Shown here piece by piece: positions 12,401 to 21,340 of a stretch of 64,000 nucleotides of DNA. The translations under genes and the position numbers were made by a program. The notes beneath the pieces are model-generated. The model was not told the origin of the DNA. It saw nothing but the letters and a program-made list of their open reading frames with translations, and searched no databases. Each line of letters opens with the position of its first letter. Position 1 is the first letter of the stretch. This DNA is from an uncultured Luteolibacter sp. (GTDB lineage Bacteria > Verrucomicrobiota > Verrucomicrobiia > Verrucomicrobiales > Akkermansiaceae): NCBI GenBank assembly GCA_964458895.1, contig CAYWLC010000001.1, positions 26,984 through 90,983 on the forward strand, read 5' to 3'.

Positions 12401-13122
12401 GTACATTGCTAGTAACTCATATTACGGATAATGGTACCACAGGAAAAATGTTTGTAATTGGTAAAGATTTTGTAAGTCAAACTTCAGTAGCTGGAACTAC
12501 CGTAGTTAATAGAGTAATGTTCAAAGATGAAATTACTCCTGCAGGAAGTTCAACTATTAGTAAATATGTTTCTAATAATATTATACTTAATCAAGTTTGT
12601 GGATATTTAAAAATAAATTTTGCGGCAAATGTACCTGTAGGTTCTGATGTATTTGTATATTATAAAGCTGTAAAATCAAGTGATATTGAAGGTTTAAATT
12701 GGATTAAAATAGAACCTCCTACACCGGTAATAAAAAATGATTTAGGTGATTTCACATATACAGATTATCATTATAATATAGAAACTGATAAAATTATTAC
12801 TGTAGATTCTATTAGTGGTGTTTCTGGAGCAAGTACTATTGTAATACCCACAACTTTAGGTGTTTCAGTTGGTGCTCTAGTAACAGGTATTGGTGTAGGT
12901 ACTACTGCAGTAATTACTAAGATTGATGCAGGTTCAGGTGCAACTGCAGGACAATCTACATTAACCATGTCTGTTGTAAATGAAAGTACTGTTCAGGGTA
13001 GTGTTAATATTCATTCAATTAATGGTCAATTTGATACTGTTACTGTTAAGTTAGTGATGCAATCTACAAATACATGTGCTGTACCAACTATTAAAGATTT
13101 GAGAATTATTGCTTGCGCATAA
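6427..13122 (+). CDS. Large virion structural protein (VrlC/DUF4815-like)
   Basis: FNTEPYYDDY..KILFRPG.PVQARELTQLQ, RTYDESGDY, YTMRDIGKLEKR, DPLAQTF and C-terminal DLRIIA. Confidence 0.85.
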   Translation: MLDFNTEPYYDDYNEDKKFYKILFRPGYPVQARELTQLQTILQTQVKRHGDHMFKQGSMVIPGEFAVDTKYSYIKIDPTYGGVNVNDFIESFIGKQVVGVTSGITAEVVYATAYNNTDPATLFVRYITADTAAASLPFGNAEVISLADETHSVQSISSNATGTGSAAIILRGVYYINGSFVLVDSQTVILDKYSNIPSYRIGLTINETITSEYEDESLLDNAQNSYNYSAPGAHRHSIDLVLTKLSIGSSTDSNFVELCRVINGKIISIKSGTDYAQLEKTLAERTYDESGDYTVVPFGIDVREHRNNDRSSWVSGRLYLLGDIVLNSNKLYTARNTGTSAGATGPTHIVGKVYDGTTTGVQWVYTPKPDYNRGIYDSFGSVISIEVTKQGSGFLSAPAISFSGGNGTGASAVAKINSEGKLIGIDIINQGSGYTSNPTVIITSDSGINAEALSYANFGDESKLAIGMEAGKAYVHGHKIQKPSTEFVDVDKARTYNSVNNAKTPTTVGNYILVTRLLGIPDYKVNTTINIYDQLNGAGTIIGTCKVRGVEWDNGLVYQTSTIYKLFVFDIVMNVGKTLTGYAKSFGISGFVANISPILKRLPGTISGTTTAITGSGTNFLASLRIGDYISSAGQVRRVTAIASNSALTIDSNLSTALSGTPFSILSTDIVEPNNSGLIFPLRNSFIKASSDISYTVFERFAAKTITAGQVTFDTTDTGEFASSASYENYLLSTASAVVPITSITVAGTQVTIYVDSAYNGQIAVLSAAVNKTGATSTRKTKTSTITQTAYTTAAAGQASILNLGYADVFKVLSINMKSGTFAAPSGAYDIDISDRYDFDNGQRETHYDYSRLTLKSSFSPPTAPVQVFFEYFAHGTGDYFTVESYTGVAYNEISSFDGFPLRDAIDFRPAYNGSSWTSTTFLPKRAVDVNIDYDYYLPRLDKIYLNYTGNFVNIKGTPNIPLLQPVSLSTGMELYSLTIAPYTLDTTTNNVIFTKTENKRYTMRDIGKLEKRVENLEYYTALSLLEQETTTLKVTDSSGLDRYQNGFIVDSFNGHGVGNTFSPDYLCAIDQENNQLRPFYTMQNINIIEKNKTEGARTSSSYKMYGDIITLPVVDHVKIAEQTIGSRTELINPFAIFTFLGKMELTPSSDDWFEINRKPDIINNVEGNYNTIKVLAESSGVLGTIWNAWQTQWSGTPVITNTYGGQLAKQAQARGLTGENFSTGGNWSIYAGSYTLTTSTATTKGQSRTGVNTTLVARVDTQLTEDRIVSSAVIPYIRSRNVLIQAKALKPGTRFYPFFENIDISKYCTPSTKLNLGTSVSGIFDHNSNVGGDSSGTKRRINGDTQVCLTKGDIIFVSQRSATSYQTPDSSGCPATAVIVDVEYNPTTGHKSIFVVNIKGTFVSGDTVKGNISLATGTLTATPTAKVLGNSLTTSFNGSVSLLFDIPNTDSVRFRTGKREFKLQDTTTPLGSFDSRGSNMYEANGILQTKEATYTATRNGILVQERLTDNQIITETSERVVTGTGWYDPLAQTFTIKDQPGGCFLTKVDIFFAKKDPSLSVTLQIRDTVNGYPGATILPFSEVTLETDKINLSSTIVSVTGEGIAPIPYPKYDTPTTFTFKSPVYVKNLTDYAIVLVSDSILYRVWISEMGNDIPDSSQTVDKQPYAGVLYKSQNGQSWTPCDTQDMKFTVYRAKFDVTALGTVEFINDVIPTTKITTDSVDAYPFQTTSGSPVVRIWNQDHGMPSGSTVRISGIVNTVKGITAANLNGDRIIANVDSDSYTITAGSNATSSGYAGPSGTTEEWLLSKNIQYDVIQPSFANLNFPETSINYKIRTASGKSVDGSQTPYVLDAASVPCVSNDLNYFYTPRMIVSEVNEANAGLGGIKPLTITAEMKTTKDSLSPIIDTHRVSAILVSNKINKPSESITNIAVIDEVSVFTGTGLTFNTKTSDLVYGHASISSTNATFRDNLKAVAIGSYVTIAGTTSSLNNGTLLVTHITDNGTTGKMFVIGKDFVSQTSVAGTTVVNRVMFKDEITPAGSSTISKYVSNNIILNQVCGYLKINFAANVPVGSDVFVYYKAVKSSDIEGLNWIKIEPPTPVIKNDLGDFTYTDYHYNIETDKIITVDSISGVSGASTIVIPTTLGVSVGALVTGIGVGTTAVITKIDAGSGATAGQSTLTMSVVNESTVQGSVNIHSINGQFDTVTVKLVMQSTNTCAVPTIKDLRIIACA

Positions 13123-13123
13123 T

Positions 13124-13348
13124 ATGAAATATTTAAAAGTAACAGGAAATAGTGATTTAGTACGGGATGTAGAGTCCCGTGCTATAATTAACACTTCGGA
13201 TAATGGTTATAATGAATTTATGATTAAAAGAAATTTGCAATTATATCAAAGGGATTTGATTGCACGTCAAAATAATGAAATACAGGTATTGAAAAATGAT
13301 ATTAGTGATATAAAACAAATGTTACTAACATTAATAAGTAATAAATAA
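13124..13348 (+). CDS. Small coiled-coil protein conserved downstream of VrlC-like genes
   Basis: LVRD..S.AIIN..LK.DI.DIK.ML; ATG at 13124 preferred over the TTG start at 13109. Confidence 0.65.
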   Translation: MKYLKVTGNSDLVRDVESRAIINTSDNGYNEFMIKRNLQLYQRDLIARQNNEIQVLKNDISDIKQMLLTLISNK

Positions 13349-13384
13349 GTAAATAAGTAAATATACTGTTAACAGGATAAATTA

Positions 13385-15373
13385 ATGGCTGCTATAACTA
13401 CTCGATCAACCTCTGGAACTGGAGCTACAGTTAAAAACTCAACATTAACTAATACTGAGGTTGATAACAACTTTATTAATTTAAATGTTGATATACAAAC
13501 AAGATTATTAAAAACAGGCGGAACAACTTTATATATTGGTAGCCAGGCAAATTCTACAAGATTTCCAAATTCAGTTGCCGTATTTTCAGATGTTGCATCC
13601 GGTATTCAAAAAAATGAAGCACACAATATTGGATTAGTATCAGAGAAAACCGGATCCTTTTTAGCTAAAACTATTATTACAGGTTCATCCGGTGGAACTA
13701 CTATTACACTTAGTGACGTAACAGGAATATACATTGGACAAGTTGTTTCTGCAACTGGGGTAGCTAGTGAAGCTATTATAACAAATATTAATACTGGAAC
13801 AAATGTAGTCACACTATCTATTGCTAATGTTGGAACTCCTTCTGGTACTGCTAATATAATAGCATACGGTGTAGGAGCATATGGTGTAGGATATACTTCT
13901 GGTGGGTGTACAGGTATTGGTATAGTAGGTGAAGCTCATGTAAATATAAGTAGTGCTTCAGGAAAAGCAATTGGAGTTAAAGGATATTCTAATGATACTC
14001 ATGCAAGCGGTTCTAATATAGGTTTATATGGTTCTGCCGAGAATGGTCTTACAAATTATAGTTTATATTTAAATAAAGGTAATATTTATAGTGAAAGTAC
14101 TGTAAATAAAATTTGGTATTTGAATTCAAATTTAACTTTTTCAAATGTTGGCGGATCTTACAGTGTAACTATACCTCAATTAGTATTAGGAACTGAACTA
14201 GGTATTGGCCAAGGAGGAACAGGAGCTACTAATTCTCCAGATGCTAGGATAAATTTAGGATTGGTTATAGGTACACATGTACAAGCCTATAATGCTAAGT
14301 TATCTACTTTGGCCGCATTAACATTTACCGATTCAAGTTTTATTGTAGGTACAGGTACTACTTGGCAAATAGAATCAGGAGCAACTGCTAGAACTTCTCT
14401 TGGATTAGGTTCAATTGCTACACAGAATTCAAATGCTATTTCAATTACCGGCGGATCATTATCCGGTATTACTAGTATTGGTGTAAGTACTATAACAGCA
14501 ACAAGTATTTCATTAGTAACTGCATTAACTATAGGTGATGGTGGAACTGGAAGAACTACTATAGGTTCAAATGGACAAGTATTAACATCAAATGGAACAT
14601 CATTAAATTATGTAACTCCATCATATGTTCCAGCACAAAGTGTTACAGGTAAATATTTAAAAACTAATGGTACAACTGCTTCTTGGGATAGTCTTGATAT
14701 AAGTTCAACAGATATGATAGGTACTTTGCCAGTTACTAAAGGAGGAACTGGACTAACAACTATTTTAGATAATGGATTAATAGTTGGTAATGGTGCAAAT
14801 AGTATAGGTACTATTGCTCCTGGTGTTGCTAAAAGAATATTAAGATCTAATGGAACTGATTGGTATTCTGCGCCAGCAACTGGAATGGTTGTACAAACAA
14901 TATCTAATAAAGTAGATACTAAAGCAACTTTTGCATTTGCAACATATAATAATATAGGAACAATTATTTCGAATCTTAATACTGCTATAACAACTTCTTA
15001 TGCATCAAGTAAAATATTAGTTCAATTTAATATTTCTTTTGAAGTCCATCATGATACAGTTTTTAGATTATTTAGACAAATTGCAGGCGGTGCAGATGTA
15101 GAAATTGGAAGAAATACAACAGATACAAACTATTGGTCAGGTATTTGGTTACCTGGATATGATGCTGACAATGATTCGACGGCAAGAACTAATCATTATA
15201 TGTTTATGGATAGTCCTAATTGTGCCTCCGGCTTAGCACTTATATATAAATTAATGATACAATCAGGTGGAGTAGGTGCAGGTACATTCTATTTAAATAG
15301 ACCAATAAGTAGTGTAGGTCAACGTAATTATGAAGTAGCAACTAGTACAGTTCTTTTACAGGAAATTTATTAA
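13385..15373 (+). CDS. Tail fibre / receptor-binding protein
   Basis: N-terminal LT..EVDNNF anchor, GGTG repeats, ARTSLGLGSIATQ and a C-terminal head domain. Confidence 0.75.
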   Translation: MAAITTRSTSGTGATVKNSTLTNTEVDNNFINLNVDIQTRLLKTGGTTLYIGSQANSTRFPNSVAVFSDVASGIQKNEAHNIGLVSEKTGSFLAKTIITGSSGGTTITLSDVTGIYIGQVVSATGVASEAIITNINTGTNVVTLSIANVGTPSGTANIIAYGVGAYGVGYTSGGCTGIGIVGEAHVNISSASGKAIGVKGYSNDTHASGSNIGLYGSAENGLTNYSLYLNKGNIYSESTVNKIWYLNSNLTFSNVGGSYSVTIPQLVLGTELGIGQGGTGATNSPDARINLGLVIGTHVQAYNAKLSTLAALTFTDSSFIVGTGTTWQIESGATARTSLGLGSIATQNSNAISITGGSLSGITSIGVSTITATSISLVTALTIGDGGTGRTTIGSNGQVLTSNGTSLNYVTPSYVPAQSVTGKYLKTNGTTASWDSLDISSTDMIGTLPVTKGGTGLTTILDNGLIVGNGANSIGTIAPGVAKRILRSNGTDWYSAPATGMVVQTISNKVDTKATFAFATYNNIGTIISNLNTAITTSYASSKILVQFNISFEVHHDTVFRLFRQIAGGADVEIGRNTTDTNYWSGIWLPGYDADNDSTARTNHYMFMDSPNCASGLALIYKLMIQSGGVGAGTFYLNRPISSVGQRNYEVATSTVLLQEIY

Positions 15374-15705
15374 TGTTATACAAACACGATTTAATTGAAG
15401 TATTTGATGTTACTCATGTACTTCAAATACTAAGACCAGGTGCAATTTGGTCTATTATTGGAGACCAAACATATGAAAATATAGAATGGTCGGATACTAC
15501 CCAAAAGAAGCCAACTAAAAAGCAAGTCGATGATGAAATTCAACGACTACAAGATGAATATGAATTTAATAAATATAAAAAGTTAAGAAAAGAAAATTAT
15601 CCTTCAATTGCAGAACAATTGGATGTTCTTTATAATCAAGGTTTTGATGTTTGGAAAGAAAATATTAAAGCAATAAAAGATTTGTATCCAAAACCACATA
15701 TTTAA
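15373..15705 (+). CDS. Tail fibre assembly/chaperone-like protein
   Basis: LRPGA.W..KPT..R..YPSI.EQLD.LY..IK..YPK; overlaps the fibre stop codon. Confidence 0.65.
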   Translation: MLYKHDLIEVFDVTHVLQILRPGAIWSIIGDQTYENIEWSDTTQKKPTKKQVDDEIQRLQDEYEFNKYKKLRKENYPSIAEQLDVLYNQGFDVWKENIKAIKDLYPKPHI

Positions 15706-15709
15706 AACT

Positions 15710-15717
15710 TATAAATA
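15710..15717 (+). promoter_or_regulatory. T4-type late promoter
   Basis: Intergenic TATAAATA; gp55 is encoded in this window. Confidence 0.75.
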
Positions 15718-15744
15718 CTATATGATAATTACTGAGAACATACG

Positions 15745-15990
15745 ATGAATGAAATAGACTATTCTGATGCAATTGCAAATGCAAATCCAACTGATGCACC
15801 ATTAATATACACTGCAAAGGGTAATATACCAGAAGCAGCATTAACATATAAAACTGAATGGATTGTAGAATCTGCATATATTTTATTTAGTGAAAAATGG
15901 TTTTTAGATGAAGAATTAGTAAAATCAAATGCTCACACTTACACAAATAATCCATTTGGACAACTTGGCGTATCACAATCAACTTTTTAA
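15745..15990 (+). CDS. Hypothetical protein
   Basis: 81-aa ORF downstream of a late promoter. Confidence 0.6.
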   Translation: MNEIDYSDAIANANPTDAPLIYTAKGNIPEAALTYKTEWIVESAYILFSEKWFLDEELVKSNAHTYTNNPFGQLGVSQSTF

Positions 15991-16008
15991 ATTTAAGGAA
16001 ATACAAAA

Positions 16009-16464
16009 ATGGCAAATACTGCAGGTTTATGCAATACTTTCAAAACTGACTTAATGAACGGAGTTCATGCATTTTCTATTGCTACAGGTGGTAAAGCTGC
16101 AGCAGATACATTTTATGGTGCATTATACTTAGCAACAGCTACATTATCTTCAGTATCCAGCGCTTATACAACTTCAGGTGAAGTTTCTGCTACTGGTACT
16201 TATGCTGCAGGAGGCTCATCAATTGCAAATGCTTCTGCTCCAGCAAATACTTCAGGCACAACTTATTGGACTCCTTCTGGTTCAATGACTTGGACAGGCG
16301 TAACTATTACTGGTTTTGATACATTGTTGATATATAACTCAACTGTAGCAGGTAAAAATGCTATTGGTGTGTTTACATTCTCAGCACAAAGTATCACATC
16401 AGGTACATTTACTTTAACAATGCCTACAAATAACAGTACTACTGGTTTAATTCGTATTGCTTAA
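16009..16464 (+). CDS. Putative virion structural protein
   Basis: AAGGA RBS; C..FK..L..G.H.F..ALY..Y.AGG..LIYN..IRIA pattern. Confidence 0.6.
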   Translation: MANTAGLCNTFKTDLMNGVHAFSIATGGKAAADTFYGALYLATATLSSVSSAYTTSGEVSATGTYAAGGSSIANASAPANTSGTTYWTPSGSMTWTGVTITGFDTLLIYNSTVAGKNAIGVFTFSAQSITSGTFTLTMPTNNSTTGLIRIA

Positions 16465-16486
16465 TAAATAAAAAAAGAGGATTTAA

Positions 16487-16825
16487 ATGGCAACGGTTGC
16501 TAATCTATTTGTAGATGCAGGTGCTGATTACATTAACACAATTACTGTAGCAGCATCAAATACTATACCGCTAAATTTGACTGGTTATACAGTCAGATCA
16601 CAGATGCGTAAATCGTATAGTACATCTGTTGCCTTTAACTTTAATACTACAATTTATGATGCTGTTGCAGGTAAAGTTCGTATCCAATTAACTTCATCTG
16701 AATCCGGAGCAATACCTCCTGGAAGATACCTTTATGATATTGAGATAACACAAACAAGTAGTGGAATAAAAACAAGAGTAGTTGAAGGCATAGCTACAAT
16801 AACACCACAAATAACCCAAATATAA
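16487..16825 (+). CDS. Fibre adaptor / beta-sandwich virion protein
   Basis: ANL.VD.GAD, LTGYT..SQMRKSY, GRYLYDIEI, RVVEG..TITP. Confidence 0.7.
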   Translation: MATVANLFVDAGADYINTITVAASNTIPLNLTGYTVRSQMRKSYSTSVAFNFNTTIYDAVAGKVRIQLTSSESGAIPPGRYLYDIEITQTSSGIKTRVVEGIATITPQITQI

Positions 16826-16826
16826 T

Positions 16827-17069
16827 ATGGCAGATATTATAGCAATAGTAGACCAAAACTATTTAACTGCATCGGTTGGATATGATACGGGACCATACGT
16901 TTCGACTAATTTATCAAATCCTGCAATACTTGGTTCTATATCTGATATAGGTAATGTAGATACCTCGATTATACAAAACGGTTCAGTGCTTGTGTTTAAT
17001 TCTATTACAAATAAATGGACATCCACCATACATCTTGATTTACAAGATATGGAAGCTGGCGAATTTTAA
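16827..17069 (+). CDS. Small fibre-associated protein
   Basis: VD....GSVLVFN....KW...GEF end. Confidence 0.55.
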   Translation: MADIIAIVDQNYLTASVGYDTGPYVSTNLSNPAILGSISDIGNVDTSIIQNGSVLVFNSITNKWTSTIHLDLQDMEAGEF

Positions 17070-17085
17070 CGGAGATAACTAAAAA

Positions 17086-19665
17086 ATGGCATCAACCATA
17101 AGAATTAAAAGAAGTACAGTCAGCGGGAATCCAAGTGCTCTTGCCGCAGGCGAAATGGCTTATTCAGCATTAACCGATAATGGTAGTAATGGCGGCGATA
17201 GACTTTATATTGGTATAGGTACAGAAACAGCAGGAAATGCTACAAACCATTATGTCATAGGTGGTAAATATTTTACCGACATGCTGGATCAATCTCCTGG
17301 AACTCTTACTGCATCATCTGCTATAGTTATTGATTCTAATAGTAAAATCAATAATATTAATGTAGGTAATATTACCCTTACAGGTTCTACTAATACTATT
17401 AGTTCGACAGATACTAATGGTAATATTGTTATCACACCTAATGGTACTGGTAAAACTATTATCACTAATCCATATATTGGTGATAATGCAACTCCATTAT
17501 CTGAGTATATTTACGATACTGTTGGAGGAGCAATTACTGCTGGGACTGGGGTTACTATTACTAATAGTGACATTGGTAATACATCCACAATTTCTATTAC
17601 AAATACTACTGTAAGTGCTAATACATATGGTTCTGCTACTGCAGTTCCTATAATTACTGTTAATGCTCAAGGACAACTTACAGCTGTAACTACTGCTGCT
17701 GTAGCATCTAATTTAAATATTTCCGGTGATACTGGAACAGATGCTGTTTCTTTATCAACAGATACACTAATATTTATTGGAGGCAATGGACTTACTTCTG
17801 CGATAACAAATAATACTGTTACATTAAATATTGATACTACTGTAGTTACCTTAGCAGACACTCAAACACTACAAAATAAAACACTAACACTACCAACTAT
17901 TGGTAGTACCGGTGCTAAGTTTAATGGTTCATCTTCAGGTACTATTACTGTTTTAGCTACAGCAACTGCCGGTGTTAATTCATTAACATTACCTGCAGCT
18001 ACTGATACCTTAGTAGGTAAGGCGACAACAGATACATTTACAAATAAAACCTTTAATACTGCCGGTACAGGTAATAGTTTTAGTATTAATAGTAATGCAA
18101 TTACTGCATATACTGGTACTGGTGCGACAGTTGTATTAGCAACTACACCTAGTATTTCAGGTGGTATTAATTTTACCGGCAGTATTAGTGGACAAACTAC
18201 TTTAACAACAAATGGTGCTACTTCAGGTATATTAACATTACCTGCTGCTACAGATACATTAGTTGGTAAAGCAACAACAGATATATTTACAAATAAATCA
18301 ATTAGTGGTTCTACAAATACATTTACTAATATTGGTAATAGTGCACTTGTTAATACCTCAGTTACCTTTGGTTCTACAACTGTTGCCTTAGGTGCGGTCT
18401 CTACAACACTTATTGGATTAACAGAATTAGCTATTGATAATATTAATATTAATGGTAATACTATATCATCTACTAATACTAATGGTAATATTTCATTAGA
18501 TCCAAATGGTACAGGTACAGTTGATGTTAATGGAGCAAGAATTACAAATCTTGCAACTCCAACTACTGGAAACGACGCAGTAACAAGAGATTATGTTGAT
18601 AATAAAATAACCGGTTTAACCTGGAAACAAGCAGCACACTTATTAGCAATTGGAAATGTGCCTTTGACTGGCACAATTGCTAATATGACAGCATTGAATA
18701 TTGATGGTCATGGAGCAATAGGAGGTAATTATAGATTACTATTGCTAGGACAAATTACACCATCCGATAATGGTATTTACGATTATGTTGAAAGTGGCGC
18801 TAATTATACATTAACAAGATCTGCCGATGCTAGTGTATATAGTGAATTGCTTGGTGCATCTATATTCATTCAAGAAGGTACAGTATATGCAAAAACAGGT
18901 TGGGTACAATCAAATTCTTATTTAACAAGTTTTAGTGGCCAATCTTGGGTACAATTCTCTGGCGCAGGAGCATATACTGCAGGTGATGGTTTAGGTCAAA
19001 CTGGTACAACATTCTTTGTACAAGCTTCTGCTACTGGCGGCATAGAAGTTGCTGCTGATTATCTACAATTAAAATCAACTGTTGCTGGAGCTGGTTTAAC
19101 ATTAACTTCCGGTGTTCTTGATGTAGTTGGTACTGCAAGTAGAATCACAAGTAATGCTAATAGTATAGATATTGCTTCTACTTATGTAGGTCAATCTTCT
19201 ATTACTACATTAGGTACTATTACAACAGGTGTTTGGTCAGGAACAGTAATAGCTTCTGCTAAAGGTGGAACGGGAGTATCTAATTCAAGTACAATTACAC
19301 TAGGTGGAAATATTTCCACCGCTGGAGCATTTAGTACTAGTGGTGCCTTTGCTATTACTCTTACAGCAACTGCTATAACTTCTGTTACATTACCTATAAC
19401 TGGAACTTTATCAACTCTTGCGGGTTCTGAGGCATTAAGTAATAAAACAATTACTGCTTCATCTTTTAGTGGTACTACAGTTGCTGCTTCAGGTAATATA
19501 ACATTTACTTCTGTTACCGATGCTTCTGCCCTTGGAACTGCTCCAGTTGTATTAAGTGGTGGTTTATCTGTTGCTAAAGCAATATATGTTGGTACTAATA
19601 TTACCGGAGCAGGTAATGGTACATCTACTTTAGATGGATTTAATATCGACGGCGGTACATACTAA
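17086..19665 (+). CDS. Long tail fibre protein
   Basis: IRIKRS..L..GE.AYS N-terminus, GNI.L.PNGTG repeats, DAVTRDYVD, C-terminal IDGGTY. Confidence 0.8.
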   Translation: MASTIRIKRSTVSGNPSALAAGEMAYSALTDNGSNGGDRLYIGIGTETAGNATNHYVIGGKYFTDMLDQSPGTLTASSAIVIDSNSKINNINVGNITLTGSTNTISSTDTNGNIVITPNGTGKTIITNPYIGDNATPLSEYIYDTVGGAITAGTGVTITNSDIGNTSTISITNTTVSANTYGSATAVPIITVNAQGQLTAVTTAAVASNLNISGDTGTDAVSLSTDTLIFIGGNGLTSAITNNTVTLNIDTTVVTLADTQTLQNKTLTLPTIGSTGAKFNGSSSGTITVLATATAGVNSLTLPAATDTLVGKATTDTFTNKTFNTAGTGNSFSINSNAITAYTGTGATVVLATTPSISGGINFTGSISGQTTLTTNGATSGILTLPAATDTLVGKATTDIFTNKSISGSTNTFTNIGNSALVNTSVTFGSTTVALGAVSTTLIGLTELAIDNININGNTISSTNTNGNISLDPNGTGTVDVNGARITNLATPTTGNDAVTRDYVDNKITGLTWKQAAHLLAIGNVPLTGTIANMTALNIDGHGAIGGNYRLLLLGQITPSDNGIYDYVESGANYTLTRSADASVYSELLGASIFIQEGTVYAKTGWVQSNSYLTSFSGQSWVQFSGAGAYTAGDGLGQTGTTFFVQASATGGIEVAADYLQLKSTVAGAGLTLTSGVLDVVGTASRITSNANSIDIASTYVGQSSITTLGTITTGVWSGTVIASAKGGTGVSNSSTITLGGNISTAGAFSTSGAFAITLTATAITSVTLPITGTLSTLAGSEALSNKTITASSFSGTTVAASGNITFTSVTDASALGTAPVVLSGGLSVAKAIYVGTNITGAGNGTSTLDGFNIDGGTY

Positions 19666-19674
19666 TAGTATTCA

Positions 19675-19700
19675 GGGGAGTTATTACTCCCCCTTTTATT
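19675..19700 (+). terminator. Intrinsic terminator
   Basis: GGGGAGT-tatt-ACTCCCC followed by a T-rich tail. Confidence 0.7.
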
Positions 19701-19720
19701 AATCCTTTTTAGGAATCACA

Positions 19721-21313
19721 ATGGCAAACACAGTTCTATTAAAGAAGTCTTCTGTTGCTTCTAAAGTCCCATTAACTACTGATTTAGCTTACGGTGAATT
19801 AGCATTAAATTATACAGATGAAAAACTGTATTTTAAAAATGCATCTAATGTAATTAAATCTTTAAATGTAACTTCATCCGCGTTAACTATTGGTACAGGT
19901 CTTTCAGGTACTTCATATAATGGATCTTCTGCAGTTACTATTGCTATAGATTCTACAGTTACTACATTAACTGGTTCTCAAACTCTTACAAATAAAACTC
20001 TTACTTCTCCTACAATTAATACAAGTACTATTTCAGGTGGTACATTAAACAATTGTATTATTGGTGGAACTACAACCGCAGCAGGTTCATTTACAACAGT
20101 AACTGCATCAGGAATTGTAAGTGGTTCAGAATTAACTTCATCTAATTCTGTTGCTGATGAAGGCGGACAAATCAATTTAGCAAAACCACTAACTAATACT
20201 ACATTAGGTGGCGGTGTTACAATTGATGTTTTTCAAAATAAATTACGAATTTTTGAACAAGGTGGAACTGCTAGAGGAGTTTATATTGATTTAACTGCTG
20301 CTGGTGCTGGAGTAGCTACAAGTTTACTTGGTGGTACTGGTTCAGTAACTTCTGTTTCTATTGTATCTGCTAATGGATTTGCCGGTACTGTAGCGACAAG
20401 TACATCAACTCCGGCTATTACCTTATCAACTTCTATTACTGGAATATTAAAGGGAAATGGAACAGCAATAAGTGCTGCTACTGTAGGTACTGATTATGCA
20501 TCTCCTTCTCAAACAATGTATATTGGTACTACATCAGTTGCTATTAATAGAGCAACAGGAAATCTTGCGTTAACTGGAATTAGTTCTATTACTTTACCTG
20601 GAAGCACTTCAGGGACAGTCCAATTAATTCCTACTGCAGCAGTAGGAACCGGAACTATATTAACAATACCTGCTACTACTGGTACTATAGTTACTACTGG
20701 AGATACTGGTACTGTTACTAGTACAATGATTGCCGATGGTACAATTGTTAATGCAGACATTAGTGCTTCTGCATCCATATCAGTTTCTAAACTATCTGCA
20801 TCTACTATTTCTGGTGTTTCACTTGGTTCTAATCTTAATACATTAACTATTGGTACTGGATTATCTGGTACTTCCTATAATGGTTCTAGTGCAGTTACTA
20901 TTGCCATTGATTCAACCGTTGCAACTCTTACTGGTTCTCAAACATTATCAAATAAAGCATTGAATGCTTTTGATAAGAAAACAAGTTCTACAACTATTGC
21001 TAATGAAAATGTAATTCAAACAACTGTTGCTACAGTATCTCAAACTGCTGTAGATACATTTGCTGTTGCTACTTATAGATCATCAAAATACATTGTACAA
21101 ATTACTCAAGGAACAAATTATCAAGTTTCAGAAATCCTGGTTATTCATAATGGCACAACTACTACTATGACTGAATATGGCATGATGAACACTAATGGTT
21201 CACTTGGAACATTTGCTACAGATATTAATACTGGCAATGTTAGATTACTTGTAACAATGGGATCAGCAACTTCAGCAACTATAAATATATCAAGAACAAC
21301 AATGGTTGTATAA
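19721..21313 (+). CDS. Tail fibre protein
   Basis: LKKSSV..KVP..L.YGELALN N-terminus, internal repeats, C-terminal DTF...YRSSKY..EYG domain. Confidence 0.75.
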   Translation: MANTVLLKKSSVASKVPLTTDLAYGELALNYTDEKLYFKNASNVIKSLNVTSSALTIGTGLSGTSYNGSSAVTIAIDSTVTTLTGSQTLTNKTLTSPTINTSTISGGTLNNCIIGGTTTAAGSFTTVTASGIVSGSELTSSNSVADEGGQINLAKPLTNTTLGGGVTIDVFQNKLRIFEQGGTARGVYIDLTAAGAGVATSLLGGTGSVTSVSIVSANGFAGTVATSTSTPAITLSTSITGILKGNGTAISAATVGTDYASPSQTMYIGTTSVAINRATGNLALTGISSITLPGSTSGTVQLIPTAAVGTGTILTIPATTGTIVTTGDTGTVTSTMIADGTIVNADISASASISVSKLSASTISGVSLGSNLNTLTIGTGLSGTSYNGSSAVTIAIDSTVATLTGSQTLSNKALNAFDKKTSSTTIANENVIQTTVATVSQTAVDTFAVATYRSSKYIVQITQGTNYQVSEILVIHNGTTTTMTEYGMMNTNGSLGTFATDINTGNVRLLVTMGSATSATINISRTTMVV

Positions 21314-21340
21314 TTTTAATCTCGTGGATAGGGAAATGAG